The translations under genes and the position numbers were made by a program. From Setoptus koraiensis (Eukaryota; Animalia; Arthropoda), in NCBI GenBank assembly GCA_048013815.1, contig CM106586.1:23188001-23252000 (forward strand): 64,000 nt of DNA. Direction: 5' to 3'. Numbering within the stretch: the first letter of the stretch is position 1; the number at the start of each line of letters is the position of its first letter. Below the pieces are notes generated by a model. The model made no database searches. It was not told the DNA's origin and saw only the letters and a list, made by a program, of their open reading frames with translations. Positions 14,001 through 25,068 of the stretch are shown here, piece after piece.

Positions 14001-15751
14001 AATTCTATGAGTAGATACCGATTGAATTGGTAAAAAACAGTTTGGCCGACGCTTTGTTATCTGATGGCTCACAATGAGCACCTTCCCCCTCGTCTATCAA
14101 TTAAACTATGTGAACATGCGTCTTTGTTTACCAACAAACAAATGTGCGTTTTTAGTTACATCGCAGCCGCAGCCTGATGATTACGAATAGCAGCATACGG
14201 AGGCTGTGGCAAAAGTTTCGTGTTACTGCTGCTGCTGCTATTCGTTGCAACTTGTAAATCTTTTATAACGTTGCGAGGGGAAGCGACTCTCTCTCTCTCT
14301 CTCTCTCTCTCGGTCTGTCTGTCTGGCAATTATTGCACATCATCAATCTACAGAGTGTTCGCTTGTTGTGTGTTATATGTACAAAATTACGTTACACTGA
14401 AAAGGGACTTACGTTCAGTATTGCTTGATCAGAACTGATCACATCAAAATGGTGTTGCTGTGACTAACATTAGATGAGAGAAACAAACAAACAAACAACA
14501 ACAACAACAGAAATGAAAATTTACAGCCACAACGTCGACTTCGTTACGATAAATCTTCATCATTCATAGACAAAAACTATATTAGAGCATCGCCACCATC
14601 AATCTGATACCACACCACTGTTTGTGCTGTTACACACTTTAAATTTGCTCCTCTGTAGTAACAGTGCAACAACACACACACACAGCCAGACACACTACAC
14701 TGATATAAGCACAAACGCACACACACACCCACACTCAAAGCCAGACAAACAAACACACTAAAGAACGAACAGACGGACGGACAAACGAATAAACGAGGGC
14801 TCATAGAATAAATGCAATGAAAGTGCTTATGAGCCGAGAGTCTCTAACGGAACTGGACCAAAATAGCTTCTGATCTAAACAAATTATTATTCTCTAAGAT
14901 CATGCACTTGTTCACAAATTTGCCAGGTTCAATAATAAGATAGGATAGAACAATGGTCAGAATCGTCGACTTTTAGGTTGAGGGACATTTATCTAGCTGC
15001 TACTATCAACTCTGGTTCAAATCCAATCATAATAGATAGAAAACAAACAATTTATCACCTATAGTTAATAACATCATCTGATTATTATCATTGTCGTTTT
15101 GCATCGTGTCACAAACACTACGCATATGCTTGCATACATATTTTCAGGAGTACACACTAGCAAAACAACAGCAACATCAGTTAGCCTGCACGATTAATCG
15201 GTGATTTATTAGTACAAACATCACACAAGGATATCAAGCAGATGTCATTTGGGCTTGTTTGAATCAAATATCGAAAATTGACTGATTCGATGGCAGCGAT
15301 ATTTCAACACTGCCAGATCGATCGATAAGTAACTAGCTATCTGTTTTTTCCTTCTTGTTTTCATTGCCAGGATTTATCACACAACCACTTCACTTAATCT
15401 TCTATGAGAATGTTCAATCACATGAGAACTTGTAAAGCACATAAATCGTAATTCAGATAGCTCTAACCCACAGAACATATAGTTAAACCCACTGCCTATC
15501 AATTTAGGCATCATTGTCAAGGTTGTCGTTTCAATTTGTCCAGGGCTGCTGTTTATCAAGCAGAAAAACAGTCCGCAGAACTGTTAATATCAAATATAAC
15601 TCTTCAAGTTTGATCATCGTAATCTTTAATTATCTATTTCACACCAGGCCAAGACAAAGACGATCTATTTAGCGACAAAATCAATAAAACAGTCATCACA
15701 ATCATTATTCATTACATCGAGAGAGCTTACATCTTTAAGGATTGTCTAGTT

Positions 15752-18130
15752 ATGGCGGAAGCCCATCAAGCTGTGGCATTCAGTTTTGCCGTCAATCAAG
15801 AAGGCTTTCATGTTAATCTAGATCTTGACGCATTACACCTAGTCTGGTTATCCGCGGTTAGATCTTGGAAGAAGCGCATCGCCAGGTTCTTAACCCACTG
15901 CAAGAATGGATTTTATCCATCATCAACAACATTCCTGTTTGCCATAGTGGCTTTAGTTTTGGGGTTACGCATTGGTGCCAATTATGATACCAGTTTTGGT
16001 TTAATAGATCACGTTAGTACACATTGGCCTATCAATAGGATTAAAACTCAAGATTTGCGTTTGATTACCTCTTGTTTTTTGTACAGTGTCATATTGTGGT
16101 TGATAAAAGCCACTCTTATGCAATATTATCTGAAGTTTCTACTCATGTACAAAGGTTGGATGTATGAATCGCGCAATGGTTTAGGTTTGTCACTGTTATC
16201 CAAAATCTGGGCCTTGAATGTCAAGTTACTGACCAGCAAGAAGCCTCAGTTATACTCCTATCAGGCGTCTCTACCTAGACTACCCCTACCACCATTAAAC
16301 GCCACTATAGAAAGGTATCTACTATCAATCAAGCCATTATGTGACAGCGAAGAACATTATAAAGAAATAGAAAGAAAAGCCCACGAATTTAGAAACGGCA
16401 TCGGAAAAAAATTGCAATTCTATCTTACGCTCAAGTCTTATTGGACCTCGAACTACGTTTCAGATTGGTGGGAAGAATATGTATACCTAAGAAGTAGGCA
16501 ACCGTTGATGGTGAACTCCAACTACTATGCGATAGACGCTTTATTGGTTTGCCCGACCGACAAACAAACTTCTCGTGCTGCCAATCTTCTATATTCGTCT
16601 ATAATCTTCAGACGCCTGATAGATAGGCAAGAGTTGAGGCCACTCATGGTACAGGGTCTCGTACCTCTCTGTTCATCGCAGTATGAAAGAATATTCAACA
16701 CGACAAGGATACCTGGCAAAGAAACAGATCAGATAGTCCATTTGAATGATTCATCTCATGTTGCTGTCTATCATAAAGGTAGATACTATAAACTGGTCTT
16801 TCACCACAAAGGCCGCCTGTTAGAACCCAAACAACTAGAGGATCTACTTGACAGAATAGTTGAGGATCCCGAACCAGCCACGGGAGGGGAGGAATTTATA
16901 TCATCATTGACGACACTTGATAGAACCAGTTGGGCTAAAGCTCGAGAGGAGCATCTTCTGAGCAATCCTATGAATAAGCAATCGCTGAAGGTCATCGAGA
17001 GTGCAGCGCTCGTTCTGATATTAGAAGATGACGACTTTGAATTTGACAAGAATGATCCTAGCAAACTTGATAGATTCGGTCAGTTATTGCTGCATGGAAA
17101 AGGAAATGATAGATGGTACGACAAGTCCTTGAGCCTGATTGTAAGTAGGACTGGAAGAAGTGGTTTTAATGTTGAGCATTCATTTGCTGATGCACCAGTT
17201 GTGGCACATTATTGGGAATACATTTTGGGTTACGATTATGTTCATCTTGGATATGATGATTTCGGGCGCTGCACGAAGGGCCCAGATGTCTGTGGAACAG
17301 TCAACGGGCCACAGAGGCTCAAGTGGAAAATTGATGATAAATTATCTGATACATTGCTTGATGCTCAACGAAAAGCAATAGCTTTGCTGTCTGATGTCGA
17401 CCTAAGACTACTGATGCATTCAGACTATGGTAAAGGATTCATCAAACGTGTCAAAGTTTCTCCTGATGCTTTCATTCAGATGGCACTCCAGCTAGCCTAT
17501 TTTAGAGATGTTAAAAAACTTTCGCTAACTTACGAGGCATCCATGACGAGACTTTATCGAGAAGGTAGAACCGAAACCGTTCGTCCAGTGACAATTGAAT
17601 CATCTAAATGGGTAAAGGCCATGCACGACCCTACAAAAAGTGACAAAGAAAGATTAGAATTGCTAAGAGTTGCTTGCTCAAGACATACACTGGGTATCCA
17701 AAATGCTATGTGCGGCAAGGGTATTGATCGTCATCTATTCTGCCTTTATGTTATATCACATTATTTGAAGGCGGAGAATGACTTTCTCAAGGAAGTTCTT
17801 TCAGAACCCTGGAAGTTATCAACAAGTCAGACACCTCACAATCAAGCCAATATGCTTGATCCGAAGAGATTTCCAAATCATATAAGTTGTGGTGGTGGTT
17901 TCGGGCCTGTTGCCGATGATGGATATGGTGTAAGTTATATGATTGCAGGGGAGGATCTACTGTTTTTCCATGTAAGCTCCAAGAGAAGTTCGAAAGAGAC
18001 TGATTCGGCAAGATTCAGTGCGAATCTGCGAGAAGCCCTATTGGACATGAAACAGCTATTCGAGGGTTCTTACAACGCGAAACAATCAACTGACTCATCA
18101 AAAAATTTGTCGAAAAACACTTGTAACTAA
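15752..18130 (+). CDS. CPT1: Carnitine O-palmitoyltransferase 1, intronless, 792 aa
   Basis: MAEAHQAVAF N-terminus, two N-terminal TM segments, NYVSDWWEEYVYL, catalytic EHSFAD, LTYEASMTRL, KLSTSQTP, GGGFGPVADDGYGVSY. Confidence 0.97.
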   Translation: MAEAHQAVAFSFAVNQEGFHVNLDLDALHLVWLSAVRSWKKRIARFLTHCKNGFYPSSTTFLFAIVALVLGLRIGANYDTSFGLIDHVSTHWPINRIKTQDLRLITSCFLYSVILWLIKATLMQYYLKFLLMYKGWMYESRNGLGLSLLSKIWALNVKLLTSKKPQLYSYQASLPRLPLPPLNATIERYLLSIKPLCDSEEHYKEIERKAHEFRNGIGKKLQFYLTLKSYWTSNYVSDWWEEYVYLRSRQPLMVNSNYYAIDALLVCPTDKQTSRAANLLYSSIIFRRLIDRQELRPLMVQGLVPLCSSQYERIFNTTRIPGKETDQIVHLNDSSHVAVYHKGRYYKLVFHHKGRLLEPKQLEDLLDRIVEDPEPATGGEEFISSLTTLDRTSWAKAREEHLLSNPMNKQSLKVIESAALVLILEDDDFEFDKNDPSKLDRFGQLLLHGKGNDRWYDKSLSLIVSRTGRSGFNVEHSFADAPVVAHYWEYILGYDYVHLGYDDFGRCTKGPDVCGTVNGPQRLKWKIDDKLSDTLLDAQRKAIALLSDVDLRLLMHSDYGKGFIKRVKVSPDAFIQMALQLAYFRDVKKLSLTYEASMTRLYREGRTETVRPVTIESSKWVKAMHDPTKSDKERLELLRVACSRHTLGIQNAMCGKGIDRHLFCLYVISHYLKAENDFLKEVLSEPWKLSTSQTPHNQANMLDPKRFPNHISCGGGFGPVADDGYGVSYMIAGEDLLFFHVSSKRSSKETDSARFSANLREALLDMKQLFEGSYNAKQSTDSSKNLSKNTCN

Positions 18131-18815
18131 AGACTTCTGATCAGTATTACATTTTTGTACTTTAAAAAGTGTTACATTCAATGTATTAGTCGAGTTATGG
18201 AAAACATAGGGAATTTATTTGATTGATTATTCAATTCAATTCAATGTCTATATTTACACATTTCCTCGAGAGGAACTTCATGGCCCAAGTATTCGGATGG
18301 TGGAGCTATAATGCCTGTAATGGTGTGGTGTGCGATTCAACAGTGATGGGCTTGTCGATGATAGAAACCGGTGTGTTGTTTGTTAGCGCACAGTCAGTAA
18401 GAGGACAGGTATCAGTAAAGGACCGTATCCTGGCTCAAAAGTTTTGTCATGTAAAAACTCTTAAAATGATGCTATTAAAATTTAATTCACTATTCAATCA
18501 CCATGATTTGGTGGAAAGGTTGCGTTGTTGTCCTCAAATACCGACTATAGCTATGCTCTCATGGTTTGTAATCGAGATATTTCTTTGTCACAATGGCAGA
18601 AGCGTTACAAAGTCGAAGGTATTTTTTTCAGCTGTTTTACCTAGGGGCAGATGAGCAGGGACAGATGCCGCCTTTTCTGCAGTTAGTCTAGAATTGTTGG
18701 TGCACATTGTATTTCGGCCGCTAACACGTGCGGAACTATAATTGAAGTCCTTTCTTTTTCAGATAATTTTTCCGATGTGTTACATTTTTAATGTACTCAA
18801 AAGTCTCGTCATAGC

Positions 18816-19709
18816 ATGAAAATCAACAGGTTATTGTTGCAAAAAGTGAAGAATTGGACTTTCCCAACGGAGCAAGACATATGCAACTTGAGGAATATTT
18901 GCGATGCCTGTGATACAAAATCCTACAAATTCAAAGAATTGGCCCCCTTAAACAAGGTTCTGAAGGGATTCAGACCTGGTGAACTGACCATTTTTTCTGG
19001 TGGCACAGGTATAGGCAAAACAACCTTTCTAAGTCATTATAGTTTAGATTTATGTAAGAACAACAATCTCAGGACAGTGTGGCTAAGTCTGGAGGTTCGC
19101 TATCATGTAATGTTACAAAAGATGCTTGTACAATATGCTAATAAGCCATTGAGTGCCATTCCGATGCATGAACACGATTTTGAGACAGAACTGTCTAAAT
19201 TGCCCCTCATTCTACCAAAAGAAAGAGGTCGAGCCACTTTTGCCGATCTGAGATCTTTTGTTGAACTGATATTCTCAGATGACAATGAGAAAATTCTCAA
19301 AACAGGATTCCCTGCTAGGTGTCTCAAGCCAGAGCATCTTATAATAGACAATCTACAATTCATCGATACCGAGAATGGCCTAGATCAATATGGGCTACAA
19401 CAGAGCTTAGTGGTAAAATATCTGAGAGAGAAGAGCAGCGAAGAGAATTGCCATATTACATTAGTTGCGCACCCGAGAAAACTCAATCCCATGAGTAATC
19501 TGATCACAATTGGCGACTTGTTTGGGGGTTGCAAGCTCGCACAGGAAGCTGACAACATAATCATTCTTCAATCTGTCAAACAAACTCTTCATAGTATTAA
19601 ATATCTAGATATATTGAAGAATCGTTATGATGGTACATTAGGACGACTGTATCTAAACTTCAACAAAGAAACTCTAAGATATAAAGTGGAGAGAAGTGAA
19701 GTATATTAA
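18816..19709 (+). CDS. TWNK: Twinkle-like SF4 mitochondrial DNA helicase, helicase domain only, 297 aa
   Basis: LNKVLKGFRPGELTIFSGGTGIGKTTF (Walker A), LIIDNLQF (Walker B), HITLVAHPRK, AQEADNIIIL, KNRYDG (Arg finger). No primase/zinc-binding region in this ORF. Confidence 0.85.
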   Translation: MKINRLLLQKVKNWTFPTEQDICNLRNICDACDTKSYKFKELAPLNKVLKGFRPGELTIFSGGTGIGKTTFLSHYSLDLCKNNNLRTVWLSLEVRYHVMLQKMLVQYANKPLSAIPMHEHDFETELSKLPLILPKERGRATFADLRSFVELIFSDDNEKILKTGFPARCLKPEHLIIDNLQFIDTENGLDQYGLQQSLVVKYLREKSSEENCHITLVAHPRKLNPMSNLITIGDLFGGCKLAQEADNIIILQSVKQTLHSIKYLDILKNRYDGTLGRLYLNFNKETLRYKVERSEVY

Positions 19710-19780
19710 CTCATTCGATTACTGTTTATTCCATCAAGTCCGACACAGATCTGTCGGTATTAAATAAAATGTAATCATCA

Positions 19781-20472
19781 TCACTTGATTACTTTCGCTC
19801 GCCACAAACCATCGTTGAGGTAGTGAATTGTTTCTATGGCGATACCCTTATTTATATTTTTCATGTCAATCCCTGATAATTTTGTTAGACCAATAGCGAG
19901 GGCGTGTTGTTTGTCTTCTGCCATGACTGTCACAACTTGCTCACTTTGAATATCATCTGAAACTTTACCACCGGGAGATGTGAGACCAGGACACATTATG
20001 TTGGCCCCACTCAAAACAAATTTAATGGCGCCTCTATCCACCTGAACTGTAGGACACATGTCAGGATATTGATGCACTAGCCTCAATGATGGGAAATATG
20101 GTCCCTCCCTTTGCCTGTAGAACAGGTGATTGCCATTTGGTGAGATAAGGATCTCGATATGGTCGTGGCATTTGGCCAAACGGATAGGTTCTTTCTTGGG
20201 CATTACATAGTCGATATACTTTTCGAGATTCGGAAACTGTTCCACGAGTTTAGTTTTAATTCCCTTCTGTACAGATGATTTGAGCTGAATAGTTCCAGAT
20301 ACATTCTCATCTTCAAACCTAAGATTTTTTCAATGAGAGGACAGGACTAATGTTTATAAGTAATCAGTTAGAATGAAAGCGCTTGAATTGTGGTACATGT
20401 CATTAGCGTGAAAATATAGATGGACTGCGATTTCGGGATCTTTAAATATTAAAGTACCTACTTTTTAAACAT
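19781..20472 (-). CDS. MCTS1: Malignant T-cell-amplified sequence 1 (PUA domain), 182 aa, 2 exons
   Basis: Exon 1 20472-20462 (ATG TTT AAA AA), GTAGGT..TTAG intron 20461-20319, exon 2 20318-19781 gives [25 protein letters not shown]; [22 protein letters not shown]; HYLNDGLW. Confidence 0.95.
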
Positions 20473-21120
20473 TTTTCTGTCCTGGATTCCCTAAAAGATA
20501 TTTCTCAATTGTTCTCTTGAGAAAAATGAAAATTAACCAAGATTCGATTGGATTATTACAATCAAGTGTAGTCTGGTTATTTCATATGACTGATGATGAA
20601 TAAAATAGATTTATGGGAAGAATGGGTGGCAGCGCATTTTGTAAAGAAATCCTTATTCTGCTGAAATCTCAATACATTGCCCAGTCTAGTTGCACTTGAT
20701 TTCTGGAGGTGGCGTTCGACATTACAATGCAAGTGATTCATGCGGTTATTGCAACACAACGCCACCAAGCAACGAACATGAGAATGACTTTCGCAAGGGG
20801 AAACGTGAATTGCACGCTACACGCACACACATTTTCAGCATCAAACATCAGGTTGCATTTGTGCAATCTGAAACTTCTGAAATGCTTGTGCTGTAGAACG
20901 GAATTATCACCGACAATCGTTGTCTTTGTCCGACCAACCAACCAGCCAACGAAATTCATCATTTATGTTGGCATGTTTGATACCACGAAATATTAGGAAA
21001 TACCATTCAAAATGTTTTAGTGATCCTAATTTAGAATAATAACATAGATGATTATTATTATCACTACAGTGATACATCTGAGCATAAGCTATTTTTAGTT
21101 TTTCCATCAACAAATCAATT

Positions 21121-22236
21121 ATGGATACGAGAAAACCGCAACAAGTAACTCTGGAGCAAGAAGAGGATGACTATAACCACAACAATAGCCTCGCCAGGAA
21201 TTTAAATGATAAAATAAGCACCACGAAAGGGAAACACAGGAGACGCGTGGCCTCTAAATGCATACCAAATGACATAAAGGGTAACATCGAACGTTTGATG
21301 AGTCAGTTTGAAGAGTTGCCTGTATCGAGCATATTCGACTTCTATGGACGTGTATATGGGGATGTCTTAGATGCCGAAGATTACGGCTTCGACCACGGTA
21401 TAATAGAATTGTTGGATAACATGAAGGAATCAGTTGAAATTTTTGATAATGGTAGGGTTCTTGTTTGCAGACTGCGCACGACAACGAGCCATCCCTCGGA
21501 GATTCGAAAGTGGCCGGCTAATTTGATTGCCATTCTCAAAGTGCCCAATTTCTTCAGTGCAGAGGAAAAACTGTACTTCACAAAAAACCCTCCCAAAATC
21601 ATAATAGAAACACCACCTGTAGCTAGACTGTTTATGGGACACAAGACTATAGCTAGTAAAGAGGTGGGCAAATTATTTTATCTTTTCGACAAGCATCCGA
21701 CAGGGATACCATTATTAGACCTGGACGACATCTACTACAGGACATACAAAAGACGCATAGATTTATGTTATTTCAATTTTAGGTCCCTTTGTGAAATGGT
21801 CAACGCTTGTCCGGAAATTTTCTATATTGAGAACCTTAGAAATGAAGAACTTCCTACATTCAATGAAATCATTCTACATGATGGTAGATATCGCACTCAT
21901 CCGGATCTCAAGGGCGAACGACTAAATCCAGTACAGGTTGATGAACACATCAGTAAATTATTGCTTGAACATGTAATACAAAAAACTCTATTAATAGTTC
22001 ATGAAGCTGGCTCAAATGGACTTCCTGTCAATATTTATTACGAGACGCTCAGGAGAAATTTCAAATTAAGTGATAACATGATCAAATATATAGACGAAAC
22101 AATGACTGCCATCAACGTCATACGTGTGCTTGCTAAGGCTGGTCTTATTGTAGTCAATTCTCCCGGAGCGAAAAACGATTTGAGAATTCATATCAATGAA
22201 ACCTTTGATTACGTTTCTTGGTTCGAAAAATTTTGA
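21121..22236 (+). CDS. OST-HTH/LOTUS repeat protein (2 clear, 1 degenerate domain), intronless, 371 aa
   Basis: LOTUS-like pattern twice: LPVSSIFDFYGRVYGDVLDAEDYGFDHGIIELLDNM and IPLLDLDDIYYRTYKRRIDLCYFNFRSLCEMV; weaker third copy GLPVNIYYETLRRNF. Family assignment is by motif recall, not HMM. Confidence 0.7.
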   Translation: MDTRKPQQVTLEQEEDDYNHNNSLARNLNDKISTTKGKHRRRVASKCIPNDIKGNIERLMSQFEELPVSSIFDFYGRVYGDVLDAEDYGFDHGIIELLDNMKESVEIFDNGRVLVCRLRTTTSHPSEIRKWPANLIAILKVPNFFSAEEKLYFTKNPPKIIIETPPVARLFMGHKTIASKEVGKLFYLFDKHPTGIPLLDLDDIYYRTYKRRIDLCYFNFRSLCEMVNACPEIFYIENLRNEELPTFNEIILHDGRYRTHPDLKGERLNPVQVDEHISKLLLEHVIQKTLLIVHEAGSNGLPVNIYYETLRRNFKLSDNMIKYIDETMTAINVIRVLAKAGLIVVNSPGAKNDLRIHINETFDYVSWFEKF

Positions 22237-22605
22237 GCCTTTCTCAATCAAATGATTCCACTCATATATCTACTATGCCAATACTAGTTTTCAGCCATTA
22301 ATCAGATTCACCTTCAATAAAAAAAGAATCGTGCTCACTTCATCAATTTATCCACATGGTTGGTGGGTTGGTTGGTTGGTTGGCATATATAATTTCATTG
22401 AATGTGAGATACTGCGCGTAATCGATACTGCCTGATGTAGACCGTGCCTTGTAGTTGAACGAATATCAGTGTTTGAAGTATACTGATTATCGTGAGAAAT
22501 CTTTTCTAACCGTTATTCCGACCGTTGATCCAGCAATCTATTCGATGAGAGACTCTACTGTGGTGACTGTTAAATCAAATTTACAACATTGGTAAACTAA
22601 CAAAT

Positions 22606-24222
22606 ATGCTGGGCATTGTCACAAATATTCTAATTCCCCTATGCATTTCTAGCTTCGTTCAAACGGGTCCACTCGGACAATCAATTTTTTTCCCAAACTA
22701 CAAAATATCCGCAGCGACTGACACAAGTCACAACGGAGCAAGTACTTTCAATGCACTTGGCCGGCGTTTTAGTTATGCTAAGCAATTCCAATCTTTGAAT
22801 CTGAATCAGGATATACAGTTGACGAAACAAGAAAAAGAGGAGATACTAGTATGTATACAGATGATCCAAAAGCTGAATGGTTTTTTCTAACCACGCAAAT
22901 ATATGTAACCAATCGATTCGATTCGTTGATTAGTTGTGGCGATGCTAAGATTATCAATTTCCAATTTGATTTTCAAGAGATATTTGTTCAGGTATGGTTA
23001 CATAGGATACGTCAAAAGAGGCCACGATGAGGGTGTTTTCGTTAGCGCCAATGAAACAAATCAAGAACATTTATTGCAAGATGCTTTATTGTTGCTCGTG
23101 AGCATGTTTGGTGTTAAGAATGAGCCTTCGAAACGGAAAGGCCATGATTCCGATGAAGGAACCACCGTGAGTTTGTCAGATATCCTTAAATACTCTCGTC
23201 AACCTCGATGTTCCAATTCTGATCTACCCTACGATAGAATTATTGGTTCGGTTGGTTTGAAAACAACAAACAGCACATCCACGCCGTATTTCAATGTCGA
23301 GGCACCTTATCATTATAAAGGTTCTAGATATATCAATCATAATCAAACATGGCGTCTCATGTCTTCAAGTGATTCTTTAGAGTATAATCAAGCGCGCAAG
23401 ATTTTACATAGAGCTTTTTTAACTTGGGCCAAATACACTCCTTTGAATTTCGTTGAACTAACATCCACCCAACAAGGTCCTGTTCATCACGAGATATATT
23501 TTGTTGAGAGAAGACACTATATTAACTCATGGTTAAGGTATGAATGTGAAATAAGTTCAATGAATAACAGAGATGAAACGGCTCATGGTTATTTTCCTCT
23601 TTATGGAGGAACTCTACATATAAACAAGAATAGAATTTGGAAAGATCATTACGCTGGTAATTTTAAAGAGCGTAAGTTAACCAAACTCATTCACTTTAGT
23701 TGTTTAACCAATCGTAACAACTCTCTGTTAGCGCTCTTACGAGGATTATTCAACTATAAAAATTTTCGATTGGACAACTTCACTTTAACTCAAGTCAATC
23801 TCTGGCAGACTGCCACTCATGAGATTGGTCATATATTAGGCTTAGATCATTTACCGATTCAATTGTCGAAACAAGGACTGATGGTCATGCAAATTATGCA
23901 CCCACATTATCACGAAAGCATTGAAGTTGGAACATTAGGGGATTATGATGCTTTGGCAATTCAGAGGCTCTACGGCAGATACCCTGGTGGTAAAAAATCA
24001 TATGAGACAGAGGAAGGCGAGTCCTCTATTGATGAACATTCATTATTACCAATACCCGACGGGCATTCTTTGGGTAAAGGTTTGACCCGCAAAGTAGAAG
24101 AGGGAGCGACCGGACCGGATGTTTCAAAATTTAGATTGAACTATGATGTGCCATCTGATCTATCTGATTGGCTTATAGCCTTGGATAAAGTAAATCTAAA
24201 TGTTTGTAGCAAGACCGCGTAG
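22606..24222 (+). CDS. Secreted matrix metalloproteinase (M10), no hemopexin domain, ~475 aa
   Basis: Exons 22606-22848, 22978-23671, 23732-24222 (introns GTATGT..TCAAG 129 nt; GTAAGT..GTTAG 60 nt). Signal peptide, propeptide YLFRYGY, cysteine switch PRCSNSD, AHGYFP, zinc motif HEIGHILGLDH, Met-turn IMHPHY. Confidence 0.85.
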
Positions 24223-25068
24223 ACCTTATGTAGTACTTTATATCTATAATCGCGGCATCAATATACAAGGGCTAGTATTGTCTGTAGTGCACATTATTTG
24301 GCTCCATATCCGTCCCATTTCCTCTTCGATCTGCTCTATGTTCTTGGTGCCTTGTATGCGGTAAGAAATCATGGAAAAAGTCCATGTCCACCAGTCTCGG
24401 GAAACACTGAGACTGGAATACACTGTAGCTGCTCGGGACGGCACTTGTGGATTAAAAAAAATTGCAGCTAGCCTCAATCTCGACCAGTAGCTAGTGTACT
24501 GTCTGGCCTACCACGTGGTACCGAAAACATTGTACAAGAAGCTCGATACAACGCAAAGACAACTCACCCAGTTTTAAGTAATAAAGATGCCAGACCGAGA
24601 CTATACTGTGTACTGGGTGGAAATCTGCCGATACCTTAAGCCGCAGTTCAGAGAAAAACTGCTCGAGGTCGCTTTTTGTACACGCATTTTTCGTACGTGA
24701 AATCGAATGAGCAATCGAAAAACGAATCAAGAAAAAAAAAGAAGAAAAAACGCAACATTTATCGAGACACTTCAAGCTTTTCAGTGCATTTTTAGGCTGA
24801 CGCGAGCGCCTCTGACGTCTTGAACCACGGTAAAAGGTATTGGCAGATTTCGATCTAGTACAATTAACCACCACAACTACGGTGCATTCGTGAGCGTATA
24901 TGAACAGGCGGTTTTGACATTTGACTTGTATGTCTTGCATTTTGATTTTAAGGAAAAATAAACCGAAAATACCCACTCACATATTTTAGTATTAATTTTT
25001 CAGACCAAGATAGTACGACACTAAAAAAGTCATTCTCACTAGAATACAAACTCAAACAATTCTCCATC

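Noticed and set aside
18223-18760. ORF upstream of Twinkle as its missing N-terminal domain (LPRG..LExxxxIVF echo)
   Set aside because: The match is a few residues, interrupted by a stop, with no zinc-binding Cys pattern or convincing splice path to 18816.
20690-20996. CxxC..HIFSIKHQ and CLCC..EL echoes of CCDC84/CENATAC
   Set aside because: The pieces are in different frames with wrong spacing, no ATG and no splice path.
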